From sequence record DRR378314_1034: a stretch of DNA of 43,806 nucleotides, one strand, 5' to 3'. This document shows, piece by piece, positions 10,577 through 20,641 of this stretch. The translations under genes and the position numbers were made by a program. A model generated the notes under the pieces. The model was given only the letters and a program-made list of their open reading frames with translations, was not told the DNA's origin and made no database searches. Positions within the stretch are counted from its first letter, which is position 1. Every line of letters starts with the position of its first letter.

Positions 10577-10859
10577 AATTAGCTCCTTATATTGGTTAAT
10601 GAATTTACTTTCATTAGTAAATAAGCAAGCTCCACACCAGATTTTAAGTTGCATAAAAATCAGTGCCTTACAAGTTTCGCTCAAAAAATTCATTTTGTTA
10701 GATTTAAAATTACATCGTTCTTACAAGGTGCTCTGTAATTATTTCAGACACATAACTTTACCGAAATAAGCTTTTATAAAATAAATAGTTGTTAAAGCTA
10801 AATTTATTACTACATTTTATAGAGCGTCATAAATGTGTAATAACAAAGGACTGGGGTGG

Positions 10860-13607
10860 ATGAAAAGTATTAAAGCAAAGCTAATGTTAACTATTGTAAG
10901 TGCATTTATCTTTATTTTAGTAGGTGCATTGTTTGCTCTTTACGTTGTTCAAGGTGTTGCAAAAGATTTAGATAGCCTCATAAATCAAGAGTTACATTCT
11001 CGCCAGCAAGTGAGCCTTGTTTTAAATCAGTTTAAATCTCAAGTACAAGAGTGGAAAAATATTCTTATTCGTGGGGAAAACCCTCAACAGTATGAGAAGT
11101 ACTTGGCGAGTTTTAAAGAAAAAGAACAAGCAGTCGTAAAAATTACCAACGAGCTTATTAAATCATCTTATTTACCCCCTAGCATGCTTAAACAGGTAAA
11201 AGAGTTTAAGGTTGAACATGAAAAACTAGGGCAGCTTTACCGTGAGGGATTAATAGCTTTTAAAGCCGCTAACTATAATACACAAGCTGGAGATAGAGCA
11301 GTAAAAGGCATTGATAGAGCTGCGGTGTCTTTGTTGGCAGATCTTAATAGCAGTATTGATAACTTGGTTAACACCAAAACTAACAGCCTGATTGCAAAAA
11401 AAGAAACATTTATAACACAAAGTACGGTTGTGCTGGTGGTCTTAGCCTTTATTGTAATATTGCTGCTCACTTTTTATGTGCAAAAGCTGATCATTAAGCC
11501 TGTTTTAGCAGCCTCTAAAATTGCTGACCAAATAGCAAAAGGAAATCTTGCAAATGAGATCAGAGTACATAGCAAGGATGAAATAGGTAAGTTGCTGTTA
11601 AATTTAGATGCAATGCAAGACAACTTAAATAAAATGCAAGATGACCTGACCCAAAAAATGGAGTATCAACGAACACAAGCACAAGAAAACGGCAGGATAA
11701 AGCAAGCGCTTGATAATGCAACGTCTCCCGTTATGCTTGCAAACCAAGATGGCGTTATTATTTACGCTAACCAACAATGTCAGGCATTATTTTCCCAGTA
11801 TCAGGGAGCTATTGGTCATACGCGAGAGTTAATGTCGCTAGAAATAAAGCAATTATTTGCAGGCCATGAGCAATTACCAACTATACAAAAAGGTGAGTCA
11901 CAACAAGTTAACTGTGAAGCCGAATTTGAACATGTCATATTAAATATTATTGCCAACCCTGTACTTGATGACGCTGGACAGTCAAATGGAGTGGTATATG
12001 AACTGACAGATTTAACACAGCAGCGTCAAGCTGAGTCACAAATAGAGACAATCATCCAAGCCGCTGTAGCGGGTAAGTTAGCGTCGAGATTAAGCACTCA
12101 AGGTTACAGTGGATTTATGCTGGTTTTATCTTCAGGCATCAATAGAATGCTCGATGCTATAGTTAGCCCAATAGATCAAACCCGTGATTACTTAAATCAT
12201 ATAGCAAAAGGTAATATACCAACATCGATTGATGGAAGTTATCAAGGTGATTTTTTAGAAATTAAGCAAAGCCTTGAAACATCAACTAACGCGATTAAAG
12301 AATTAATAAATGACACTAATTATTTAGTGGATGCTGCCTCACAAGGGTTATTGTCAAAGCGGGCTGATGAAGAAAAACATCAAGGTGACTTTAAAAAGAT
12401 AATCCAAGGAATAAACTCAACATTAGATTCGATCATTGAGCCGGTACAGCTCACATCCCATTATTTAGACGATATTGCCGTCGGAAAGTTACCTCAAGCT
12501 TTGAGTGATAAGTATCAAGGTGATTTTTTACAAATTAAAACAAGTTTAGAAACCAGTATTTTAGCGATTCAGAATATGGTGCAAGACAGTGCTCGTTTAG
12601 CCAGTGCTGCAAGCCAAGGGGATATACAGGCTAGAGCAAATGAACAAAATCATAATGGTGAATTTTTAGCGATTGTTAAGGGGATAAACAGCACACTTGA
12701 TGCCATATCAGATCCTTTGGGTGAATGCATTACTGTAATGCACTCACTCTCAGAGGGGAACTTGAGTCAACAAATTCAAGGTAATTACGAAGGCCAATTT
12801 AACGAGTTAAAACGTTCTGTAAATACAAGTGTAAGTAACCTTTCAAACATGGTGTCTGAAATTACGTCAACAACCCTAACAATTACAGGCTCCTCACATA
12901 ATATTCGCGCAGGGATGAATGATTTAAATACACGCACAGAGTCACAGGCCGCATCAATTGAAGAAACAACAGCATCGATGGGGGAAATGACAGAAACCGT
13001 AAAAGTAAACTCTACCAATGCGCATAAGGCAAATGAGCTTGCAATAGTGACAGATCAGCAGGCGCAAGAAGGAGGGGAGTTAGTTAATAATACAGTTAAA
13101 GCAATGAAGGAAATAAGTAATAGCTCTACTGAAATTTCAAATATTATAGAAGTAATAAACGAAATTGCTTTTCAAACAAATTTGTTAGCATTGAATGCAG
13201 CTGTTGAAGCTGCCCGAGCGGGTGAAAAAGGCCGTGGTTTTGCCGTTGTTGCAGCAGAGGTCAGAAACTTGGCACAGCGCAGTGGTAATGCATCAAAAAG
13301 TATTGCTGGGCTATTAAATGATAGTTCAGAAAAAGTGCAACACGGAATGGAGTTAGCTGCAAAGTCAGGAAAGACGTTAAGTGATATTGTTTCAAGCATT
13401 AAAAATTTAGCATCACTTATGCAAGATATTGCCAGTGCGAGCAGCGAGCAATCATCAGGTATTGCGCAAATTAATAGCGCGGTAAAAGAGATGGATAGGA
13501 TCATTCAGATGAATGGCGAGCTTGTTGAAAATACTAATTCCTCTAGCAACAGCTTATCAAAAGATGCAGAAGCGTTGAAGAGCTTAATGGATCAGTTTAC
13601 TGTTTAG
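10860..13607 (+). CDS. Methyl-accepting chemotaxis protein: TM-periplasmic sensor-TM-HAMP-PAS-poly-HAMP-MA
   Basis: Two hydrophobic segments; HAMP (DEIGKL); PAS-like [22 protein letters not shown]; 91-aa repeats; signalling tip [30 protein letters not shown]. Confidence 0.93.
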   Translation: MKSIKAKLMLTIVSAFIFILVGALFALYVVQGVAKDLDSLINQELHSRQQVSLVLNQFKSQVQEWKNILIRGENPQQYEKYLASFKEKEQAVVKITNELIKSSYLPPSMLKQVKEFKVEHEKLGQLYREGLIAFKAANYNTQAGDRAVKGIDRAAVSLLADLNSSIDNLVNTKTNSLIAKKETFITQSTVVLVVLAFIVILLLTFYVQKLIIKPVLAASKIADQIAKGNLANEIRVHSKDEIGKLLLNLDAMQDNLNKMQDDLTQKMEYQRTQAQENGRIKQALDNATSPVMLANQDGVIIYANQQCQALFSQYQGAIGHTRELMSLEIKQLFAGHEQLPTIQKGESQQVNCEAEFEHVILNIIANPVLDDAGQSNGVVYELTDLTQQRQAESQIETIIQAAVAGKLASRLSTQGYSGFMLVLSSGINRMLDAIVSPIDQTRDYLNHIAKGNIPTSIDGSYQGDFLEIKQSLETSTNAIKELINDTNYLVDAASQGLLSKRADEEKHQGDFKKIIQGINSTLDSIIEPVQLTSHYLDDIAVGKLPQALSDKYQGDFLQIKTSLETSILAIQNMVQDSARLASAASQGDIQARANEQNHNGEFLAIVKGINSTLDAISDPLGECITVMHSLSEGNLSQQIQGNYEGQFNELKRSVNTSVSNLSNMVSEITSTTLTITGSSHNIRAGMNDLNTRTESQAASIEETTASMGEMTETVKVNSTNAHKANELAIVTDQQAQEGGELVNNTVKAMKEISNSSTEISNIIEVINEIAFQTNLLALNAAVEAARAGEKGRGFAVVAAEVRNLAQRSGNASKSIAGLLNDSSEKVQHGMELAAKSGKTLSDIVSSIKNLASLMQDIASASSEQSSGIAQINSAVKEMDRIIQMNGELVENTNSSSNSLSKDAEALKSLMDQFTV

Positions 13608-13713
13608 CCTACGGTTAAACAGTAAACTGATTTGATAGAGCAAATAATTTTTGCAGCACGGGTTTTATTTAGTTTGATACACTAGCTAAAAAGCCAACTT
13701 AGGTGAGTAAAGC

Positions 13714-16140
13714 GTGCTGCCCGTTCAGAATATCTATCAACAACTTGTCAATACATTAAAATCAAACCCGATGACCCTGCTGCAAGCCCCCCCTGGTGCA
13801 GGTAAGTCAACTTGGCTACCACTAAACTTAATGCGTGACGGGCACTTTAAACGCATTGTTATGTTAGAGCCACGACGTTTAGCTGCGCGTAATATTGCAA
13901 ATTATTTGGCTAGTTGCCAAGGTGAGCCTGTCGGCCAAAGTGTAGGCTTGCGGGTGCGCGGTGAAAGCAAAGTAAGCGCTCATACCCGCCTTGAGATTGT
14001 GACCGAGGGCATGCTCACGCGCATGCTGCAAAATGACCCTGAGCTAAGTGATGTTGATTTACTGATATTTGATGAATTCCATGAACGCTCCATTGCAGCA
14101 GATACGTCCTTGGCTTTTGCACTTGAGAGCCAAGGTGCGTTGCGGGAAGATTTAACTATTTTGCTTATGTCGGCAACACTTGATACCGAGCGATATGTGG
14201 CTTTTTTTGACTGCCCTGTAGTGCAATCGCAAGGGCGAAGCTTCCCAATTGATGAAGTGTATATTCCGCTAAAAGATGAAAGCCGCTGGCTTGAAGAAAT
14301 ACCCGCCATAATTAAGCAAGCACTGAGCGAGCAAGGGGGCAGTGTATTAGTGTTTTTACCAGGGCAACGCGAAATAGTGCGTGTTCAACAAGCGCTTAAT
14401 GATTTACCTGCTGATTGTGAGGTATTTACCCTGTTTGGTGAGCAAGATAAAAGCCAGCAACAAGCTGCTATCGCACCAGCCGTTCAGGGCAAACGAAAAA
14501 TAGTACTGACAACGAATGTCGCTGAAACCAGCTTGACCATTGAAGGCATTCGCATTGTTGTTGATAGCGGTAAACGCCGCGCTGCCAGTTTTAATTTAAA
14601 AACCGGGGTAACAGAGCTTACTACGCAAAGTATTTCACGTTCATCAGCAGTGCAACGTGCAGGACGTGCTGGACGAATAGAGCCCGGCGTGGTTTACAGA
14701 TTGGGCTCAAAGCAAACATTTGAACGGCGCAATAGCCATGATAGCCCAGAGATTCTCACCTCAGATATTAGTCAGCTCATGCTCGAAGCCAAGCTGTGGG
14801 GCGCTGATATTAATGAACTAACATTGCTGGATAAACCAACTGAGCAGCAAGCTAAACAAGGATTGAGCTTACTACAGATGTTAGAAGCGTTAGATGATAA
14901 GGGTAAGCTGACTGAGCTTGGCAGTAAAATGCTAACATTTGGTGCTGATATTCGCTTGGCACACATGTTATTAAAAGCGCAGCAGTTAGAGCAACAATGC
15001 GCAGGCATATATCAGTTAGCTATTTATTTGGTCGCCTTATTAGAAAGCCGCTTTAATTGCGCTGCTGAGCTTAATGTTGCCCTGCACAGTATGCAACAAC
15101 GGCCTCATCCAGTATTTAAACAACAGCTTAAGTATTGGCATAGCCGTTTAAAAGTAAACGATAAAAAAAGCGAACTAAAGAGTGAATACCTTAGCGTGCT
15201 AGTCGCACTTGCTTACCCTGATCGAATTGCCAAAAAGCGCGGTAATGGATACTTACTTGCTAATGGCGCTGGCGCTGAACTTAATGGCGACTATTGGCAC
15301 AACGACGAATATCTAGCAATAGCAACTATGGGCGGCCATAAAGGTGGGCGGATATTTGCAGCAACAGCGTTAAGCCCATTTGAGCTTGAGGAGTATTTGC
15401 CGCACTTATTCACTGAGCAAACTCGCTGTGAGTTTGACGAAAAAGCAGCGCGCTTTATTCATCAAGATGAAGTTAAGCTCGGTGCTATAACTCTTAGCAG
15501 TCAACCCAGTAAACAAAAGCTTGATAAAAATGAGCGTGCCAAATCATGGCTTAGCTTATTTAGAAAGCACGGTTTTGCACTTTTTAACGAGCAACCCGAT
15601 GCCCAGCAATTACTTATTCGCATGAGTTTAGCTTATAAACTTTTACCTGAGCAGTTTCCACCAATTACAGAGCAATCGCTTATTGAGCAAGCTGATACTT
15701 GGCTCGGCGTATACCTGCAAGATATCAAAACCCTGGATCAACTTAAAAAGTTTAACTATTTTGAAGCACTGCAAAACGGTTTTGATTGGCAACAGCAAAC
15801 GGCATTGAAAGCATTATTACCACTGCGCTTAGCTGTGCCGAGCGGTTCAAATATTAAAATAAGCTATCAACTTGATGGCCCTGCAAAGCTTAGCGTGCGT
15901 ATGCAAGAAGTGTACGGGATGACAAGCTCTCCTCTACTTGCCCAAGGTAAATTGCCATTACTAATGGAGTTATTATCGCCAGGTAAACGTTCCTTGCAAC
16001 TAACTCAAGATTTAGCTCACTTTTGGGCAACCAGTTATCGCGAAGTACAAAAAGAAATGAAAGGCCGTTACCCCAAACATTTTTGGCCCGATGACCCTGC
16101 TAATAGTGTTGCCACCAATAAAGTGAAAAGTAAGATGTGA
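13714..16140 (+). CDS. hrpB: ATP-dependent RNA helicase HrpB
   Basis: PPGAGKST, DEFHER, MSAT, QRAGRAGR; C-terminal MKGRYPKHFWPDDP typical of HrpB. Confidence 0.95.
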   Translation: MLPVQNIYQQLVNTLKSNPMTLLQAPPGAGKSTWLPLNLMRDGHFKRIVMLEPRRLAARNIANYLASCQGEPVGQSVGLRVRGESKVSAHTRLEIVTEGMLTRMLQNDPELSDVDLLIFDEFHERSIAADTSLAFALESQGALREDLTILLMSATLDTERYVAFFDCPVVQSQGRSFPIDEVYIPLKDESRWLEEIPAIIKQALSEQGGSVLVFLPGQREIVRVQQALNDLPADCEVFTLFGEQDKSQQQAAIAPAVQGKRKIVLTTNVAETSLTIEGIRIVVDSGKRRAASFNLKTGVTELTTQSISRSSAVQRAGRAGRIEPGVVYRLGSKQTFERRNSHDSPEILTSDISQLMLEAKLWGADINELTLLDKPTEQQAKQGLSLLQMLEALDDKGKLTELGSKMLTFGADIRLAHMLLKAQQLEQQCAGIYQLAIYLVALLESRFNCAAELNVALHSMQQRPHPVFKQQLKYWHSRLKVNDKKSELKSEYLSVLVALAYPDRIAKKRGNGYLLANGAGAELNGDYWHNDEYLAIATMGGHKGGRIFAATALSPFELEEYLPHLFTEQTRCEFDEKAARFIHQDEVKLGAITLSSQPSKQKLDKNERAKSWLSLFRKHGFALFNEQPDAQQLLIRMSLAYKLLPEQFPPITEQSLIEQADTWLGVYLQDIKTLDQLKKFNYFEALQNGFDWQQQTALKALLPLRLAVPSGSNIKISYQLDGPAKLSVRMQEVYGMTSSPLLAQGKLPLLMELLSPGKRSLQLTQDLAHFWATSYREVQKEMKGRYPKHFWPDDPANSVATNKVKSKM

Positions 16141-16233
16141 GCAGAGTGAAATTGACACTGTTTGATAAACTATACTTTAAAAATTAAGCGCTCTTTAGTA
16201 GGCTGAAACGACAATTTTTAACAAGGAATTTTG

Positions 16234-16629
16234 ATGAAAAAACAATGTGTTTTATTGGTCTTTATGGTTTTTGCTACATTTAATCTGCAAGCCAATGAAG
16301 AGCAAACAGCAGCTATACAGTGGTTAGCTTTAGTAGATAGTGGTGACTACTCGTTGAGTTGGCAGCATAGTGATGCATTTTTTAAAGAAAATGTAAGCCA
16401 AGACCTTTGGGTATCAAAACTTGGGGAGGTTCGTAACCCGCTAGGTGATGTTAAATCCCGTCAGCAACTAAACCGTAAAACGTTTGATTCATTGCCACAG
16501 CTACCTAAAGGTGAGTATGTATTACTGCAATTTAATACTGATTTTGCTAATAGATCTGAGTCGACAGAAACGGTTACTTTAAAAAAGTCGGATCAAAAAT
16601 GGTTAGTGATCGGTTATTTTATTCAATAG
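16234..16629 (+). CDS. DUF4019-like exported protein
   Basis: Signal peptide; AIQWLALVDSGDY, LPKGEYVLLQFNTDF, WLVIGYFI. Confidence 0.8.
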   Translation: MKKQCVLLVFMVFATFNLQANEEQTAAIQWLALVDSGDYSLSWQHSDAFFKENVSQDLWVSKLGEVRNPLGDVKSRQQLNRKTFDSLPQLPKGEYVLLQFNTDFANRSESTETVTLKKSDQKWLVIGYFIQ

Positions 16630-16662
16630 TTAATTGGCTATTTAATCAGCCTAGGAGCCAAT

Positions 16663-17100
16663 GTGTCTAATCATATTACCCTTGCTCAATATGTAAAAAA
16701 GCGCACTGGTGTGCCTTTAGGCGCGAAGGGCTCAATGAGCAACATGCTTAAACGCTCTTTAGGGGCGTCTTCATTTTATTTATTTTGGCGCTATTGGAAT
16801 CCCATTTGGAGTTACTACTTGTCACGCTATGTGATGAAGCCGGTATCATCATTTTTGCCTCAATGGTGTGCTGTGATAGTAACATTTGCAATCAGTGGGG
16901 CGTTGCACGACTTAGCCGTCATGCTAATAAAATGGAAGCTATTATGCTTTTTTACCCCTTGGTTTAGTTTAATGGGGGTGTGTGTGCTGCTGAGCCTCAA
17001 ACTAAACTTATCGTTTTCTCAATTTTCAATGCCTGTAAGAGCCTTCATTAATTTTCTCTATATTTGTGGTAGTTTTTACCTTACTGATCTGCTTTTTTAA
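16663..17100 (+). CDS. Small membrane protein with MBOAT-like acyltransferase motifs
   Basis: FWRYWN and TFAISGALHD resemble MBOAT active-site segments; GGAG SD before the GTG start. Confidence 0.65.
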   Translation: MSNHITLAQYVKKRTGVPLGAKGSMSNMLKRSLGASSFYLFWRYWNPIWSYYLSRYVMKPVSSFLPQWCAVIVTFAISGALHDLAVMLIKWKLLCFFTPWFSLMGVCVLLSLKLNLSFSQFSMPVRAFINFLYICGSFYLTDLLF

Positions 17101-17179
17101 ATGAATCATTAAAATATAACGCTATACATTTCATTTGTTTATTGTTTATATGATGTCTGTAATTTAATCAATGGAATGC

Positions 17180-17650
17180 ATGATGAAAAAGATAAAAATT
17201 ATATTTTCTGTGGTTTTAATATGTGCGTCGCTCAGTGTTACGGCTGCGAACAAAGAGCTAGAGACACTTGCTCAACAATACTTTTCAACAATGGTAGCCA
17301 CTCAAGCACCAAACGCAACACATAAAGAGCTAGAAGCTTTTTTGGCGTTATTAAGTGATGATGTAGGCAATCAACATATTCCATTCCAGCGTGATGATAC
17401 ACGAGCACCTGACGGTAAAGAAAGTATGCGCAAAGGCATGACATTTTATCTAGCTGCTCACACCGAGTATGAAGCAAAATTGCTCGACACATTTATTTTT
17501 AATAACTCAGGTTTTGCAATTCGCTATAGTCATCATGCTAAAGGTATTCACCCGCAAAACCAGCAGCCTATAGAATATAACCGGACTATTATGGATGTTA
17601 TTGAAGTCGAAGATGGAAAAATAGCGATGATACGCAAATACCATCAGTAG
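17180..17650 (+). CDS. Exported NTF2/SnoaL-like protein
   Basis: Signal peptide; FLALLSDDV and C-terminal VIEVEDGKIAMIRKY typical of SnoaL-like folds. The start could be 17171, 17180 or 17183. Confidence 0.7.
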   Translation: MMKKIKIIFSVVLICASLSVTAANKELETLAQQYFSTMVATQAPNATHKELEAFLALLSDDVGNQHIPFQRDDTRAPDGKESMRKGMTFYLAAHTEYEAKLLDTFIFNNSGFAIRYSHHAKGIHPQNQQPIEYNRTIMDVIEVEDGKIAMIRKYHQ

Positions 17651-17682
17651 TTATATTTTTAACAACTAAAAAGGAGTTTGTA

Positions 17683-18027
17683 ATGCCACATTTTGTGATT
17701 GATTGTGCCAGTTCTATTTTAGACGACCATGATGAAATGACGATTAATAAAGCAATACACAAGGTTGCTCATAGCACCGACTTATTTATTGAAAGTGATA
17801 TAAAGGTAAGAGTTAATCCCTTTGATAGCTATTTAGTCGGAAATAAGCAAGAGCCATTTATTCATGTATTCACGCACATAATGCAAGGGCGCACTACAGA
17901 ACAAAAAGCGGCACTATCTAAAGCGGTTGTCACTAAGTTAAATAAGATGTTTCCTGATATTAAAAATATCGCTATGAATATAAATGACTTTGAAAAAGCG
18001 ACGTATTGTAACAAAAATCAGCTTTAG
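17683..18027 (+). CDS. 5-carboxymethyl-2-hydroxymuconate isomerase-like tautomerase
   Basis: N-terminal catalytic Pro (M-PHFVID), DIKVR, FIHV, GRTTEQK; AGGAG SD. Confidence 0.85.
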   Translation: MPHFVIDCASSILDDHDEMTINKAIHKVAHSTDLFIESDIKVRVNPFDSYLVGNKQEPFIHVFTHIMQGRTTEQKAALSKAVVTKLNKMFPDIKNIAMNINDFEKATYCNKNQL

Positions 18028-18120
18028 GTTACTGGCGCTAAAGTTGTAAATATAAAGCTTTTTTTATACAAGCTCTCAGATTTTAAAGTAACAAAATAAA
18101 CAAACCTTAAACTTGAAAAC

Positions 18121-18618
18121 ATGATATTAAACTTAAGAAAATTTAAAACAGGTGATCAAGCCTTACTCGTTCAGTACCTCAATGACGCTGATGTTGCGCA
18201 ATATCTTTCAACTAAAATTCCATTTCCTTACACGCAAGAAGATGCAAGCTGGTGGATTGAAACTGGCAGTCAGGCTGGTGCTATTTATGCAATTGAAAAA
18301 GACGGCCTGTTTATTGGGTGTATTAGTGCAATTGCAGGCCAGTTTGAATATTCTAAATCGGCAGAAGTCGGATATTGGTTGGCCAAAGACTATTGGGGGC
18401 AAGGGATCGTCACACATGCATTAATGTTGCTCTTGAAAGAGGTTAAAGTAAAAACGGATATCGTCAGGTTACATGCAGTCGTTTTTGAAGGTAATGCAGC
18501 GTCCAGTAAAGTGTTATTAAAATCTGGCTTTGTACATGAAGCCTTGCTAGAAAAAGCAATTTTTAAAGATGGTTGTTTTTTTAATGCGAATTTATATGGA
18601 AAAATTATTAAACCTTAG
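18121..18618 (+). CDS. GNAT N-acetyltransferase (RimJ/RimL type)
   Basis: AEVGYWLAKDYWGQGI and NAASSKVLLKSGF. Confidence 0.9.
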   Translation: MILNLRKFKTGDQALLVQYLNDADVAQYLSTKIPFPYTQEDASWWIETGSQAGAIYAIEKDGLFIGCISAIAGQFEYSKSAEVGYWLAKDYWGQGIVTHALMLLLKEVKVKTDIVRLHAVVFEGNAASSKVLLKSGFVHEALLEKAIFKDGCFFNANLYGKIIKP

Positions 18619-18880
18619 TCGTCAATATTAATAAACTATTTAAAAATGTGAAAATAATTCAAGTTAAGTTTATTTCGTTTTTTGAAATAGCTTTTAAAAT
18701 AGCGCCTGTTAAATTTGGCTTCTGTATTTCTTTATTTTGTTTTATAGGATATTGATATTTTATTTTTTTTATTTATTAATTTGAACCCAAAAAAGGGTTG
18801 ATTTTTTATTCTTATTGTTCATAATTCAACCCGCTTAATTGCGTTGGAATGGATACATTAAAATTTATTAAGGATATAAA

Positions 18881-19243
18881 ATGAAAAAAATACTAGTAGC
18901 ATTTGCCATGATGTTTGTTTTAACTGCTTGTAATAGTACATCTCAAGGTCGCGACTTTGATATGGAAGTTGTCAAAGGCTTTAAGAAAGGCGAAACAACA
19001 CAAGAACAAGTAAGAGAAGCTATCGGCGACCCTATGGGCGTTAACGATGTTGGTAACGATGAAGTCGTTTGGACATACAGCTACAGTGAAGGCCAAGGCG
19101 GTGGTATGTCTTACGTACCTTATGCAGGCCATGTTGGCGGCTCTCAAAATGAATCTAAAAATGTAACTATTCGTTTTAATTCAAGTGGTATAGTTTCTGG
19201 TTTATCATTTAACGAGACTGCTGGTAGCTCTTCGCACCTATAA
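18881..19243 (+). CDS. Outer-membrane lipoprotein, SmpA/OmlA (BamE)-like domain
   Basis: Lipobox LTAC; KKGETTQEQVREAIGDP...WTYSY pattern; AAGGA SD. Confidence 0.78.
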   Translation: MKKILVAFAMMFVLTACNSTSQGRDFDMEVVKGFKKGETTQEQVREAIGDPMGVNDVGNDEVVWTYSYSEGQGGGMSYVPYAGHVGGSQNESKNVTIRFNSSGIVSGLSFNETAGSSSHL

Positions 19244-19277
19244 GGTAGCTTTTGCTCACATTTTAACGCAATTATCT

Positions 19278-19306
19278 TATTACGGTTACACCCTGTAGCC
19301 GTAATA
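19278..19306 (+). terminator. Hairpin after the lipoprotein gene, probable terminator
   Basis: TATTACGGTTACA-ccc-TGTAGCCGTAATA, 13-bp stem with one G-U pair; weak U-tract. Confidence 0.55.
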
Positions 19307-19652
19307 CTCAATTTTGGCTTACAAATTTATACAACCCTTACACAAAATTACCGCTATCATTTAAGATGTATTCCTAAACTCTAATACTAAGTCTCGTTTT
19401 CTGAAATTTAAAATAATGATGGTAAGTAATGTCAGTTACTATATTCGCTTTGATAAATAACTCTACAAGTATGCAGCAGAATACGACTTTGATAAACAAT
19501 AGCTAAATGCTTCGAGATATTCTCTAGATTTGATAACCGATTTACAGTAGTCCAATGTCATATTTTGTCTTGATGGTACTTTAGGTTTTTAATGTAACAG
19601 GGCTGGTTCAAGGTCATTGAGAAGTGAAATAACGCTTTAGAAAAGTAGAAAG

Positions 19653-19835
19653 TGTTCCCCAAGAATGCGGTACTCGGTATTAGTCCTGAAACCATAAGGT
19701 CTCAGGGCGGGAATCTGCGGTTTACCGTAGGCTTCTCGGTACATGCCGAGCTTGCACAATAGTAGACGAACAGAAACCCTAACATAAAATTTATCGGCTC
19801 AGGGACTTAACCAAGCTCCAGCACCTCAGGGAACA
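19653..19835 (-). ncRNA. ssrS: 6S RNA
   Basis: Minus strand reads TGTTCCCTGAGGTG...GTCCCTGAGCCGATA...GCTCGG...CCGAGAAGCCT...CATTCTTGGGGAACA. It has the conserved 6S blocks, complementary ends and a length of about 183 nt, and is divergent from ygfB as in enterobacteria. Confidence 0.93.
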
Positions 19836-19840
19836 ACTTC

Positions 19841-19869
19841 AGTATATAAGACATAATCCAATCCTTAAA
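19841..19869 (-). promoter_or_regulatory. Putative ssrS promoter
   Basis: Minus strand TTTAAG-N17-TATACT just upstream of the 6S 5' end. Confidence 0.55.
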
Positions 19870-20060
19870 CCCAAAATCAAAATAAATCTACTGTTTGCAC
19901 GGTTTTCCATCACTGGTAACCAAGTATTTACTTTTAGGTTCGCATTTTGACCACTAAGCTTAGCGTTAAACAAGTAGCTTGATCCTAATCATACATTTTA
20001 TTGGAGTTGCTATTTATCGAGTGGTAGCATTAGCTTAACTAACACAGTGAAGAGTCCATC

Positions 20061-20621
20061 ATGAGCGAACTACCTGATTACCAACAAGCCCAATTATTAC
20101 TTGAAAAAAACGAGATATTTGTTGCCCCAGCTGAAGCCCACGGCGTGATCAGTGGTTTACTTGCATGTGGATTGAGCATAGAGGCAAAAGAATACCTAGC
20201 CTTATTGAGTGACGTGTTCAATGATGGTCAATCATTTAGTAATGATCTAAAAACCTTTTTTGCCACTATTTATAAGCAAGTCGTCGATAGTTTTAGCGAT
20301 GAAGAGTTTCAGTTTGACCTCTTTTTACCAAGTGAAGATGAAACCCTGATTGATCAAGCAAATGGCTTAGTGTCGTGGATTGCTGGTTTTATGTTGGGCT
20401 TTGGCTTAAAGCAAAAAGACTATGGCAAGCTATCAGCTGATGTTAAAGAGGTTATTAGCGATTTTAGTGAAATTACTCGCCTAGACACTATGTTTGATGA
20501 AACAGAAGAGGACGCTCAAGCACTTCACGAAGTGATTGAGTACGTGCGAGTGTCAGCATTGTTATGTTTTGCTGAACTTGGTAAAGAGCAAGTGACGGAC
20601 ACGAAAAAAACACTTCACTAA
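20061..20621 (+). CDS. ygfB: UPF0149 family protein YgfB
   Basis: PAEAHGVISGLL, WIAGFMLGFG, EVIEYVRV; first gene of the pepP-ubiH-ubiI run. Confidence 0.9.
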   Translation: MSELPDYQQAQLLLEKNEIFVAPAEAHGVISGLLACGLSIEAKEYLALLSDVFNDGQSFSNDLKTFFATIYKQVVDSFSDEEFQFDLFLPSEDETLIDQANGLVSWIAGFMLGFGLKQKDYGKLSADVKEVISDFSEITRLDTMFDETEEDAQALHEVIEYVRVSALLCFAELGKEQVTDTKKTLH

Positions 20622-20641
20622 ACAGTAAAACAGGGATAACT

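Noticed and set aside
10577-10693. N-terminal extension of the CsbD ORF
   Set aside because: A strong SD and the family length support ATG 10576.
19594-19614. Minus-strand ACCTTGAACCA resembling a segment of E. coli 6S RNA (second 6S copy?)
   Set aside because: Only an ~11-nt match, with no other 6S blocks or terminal stem.
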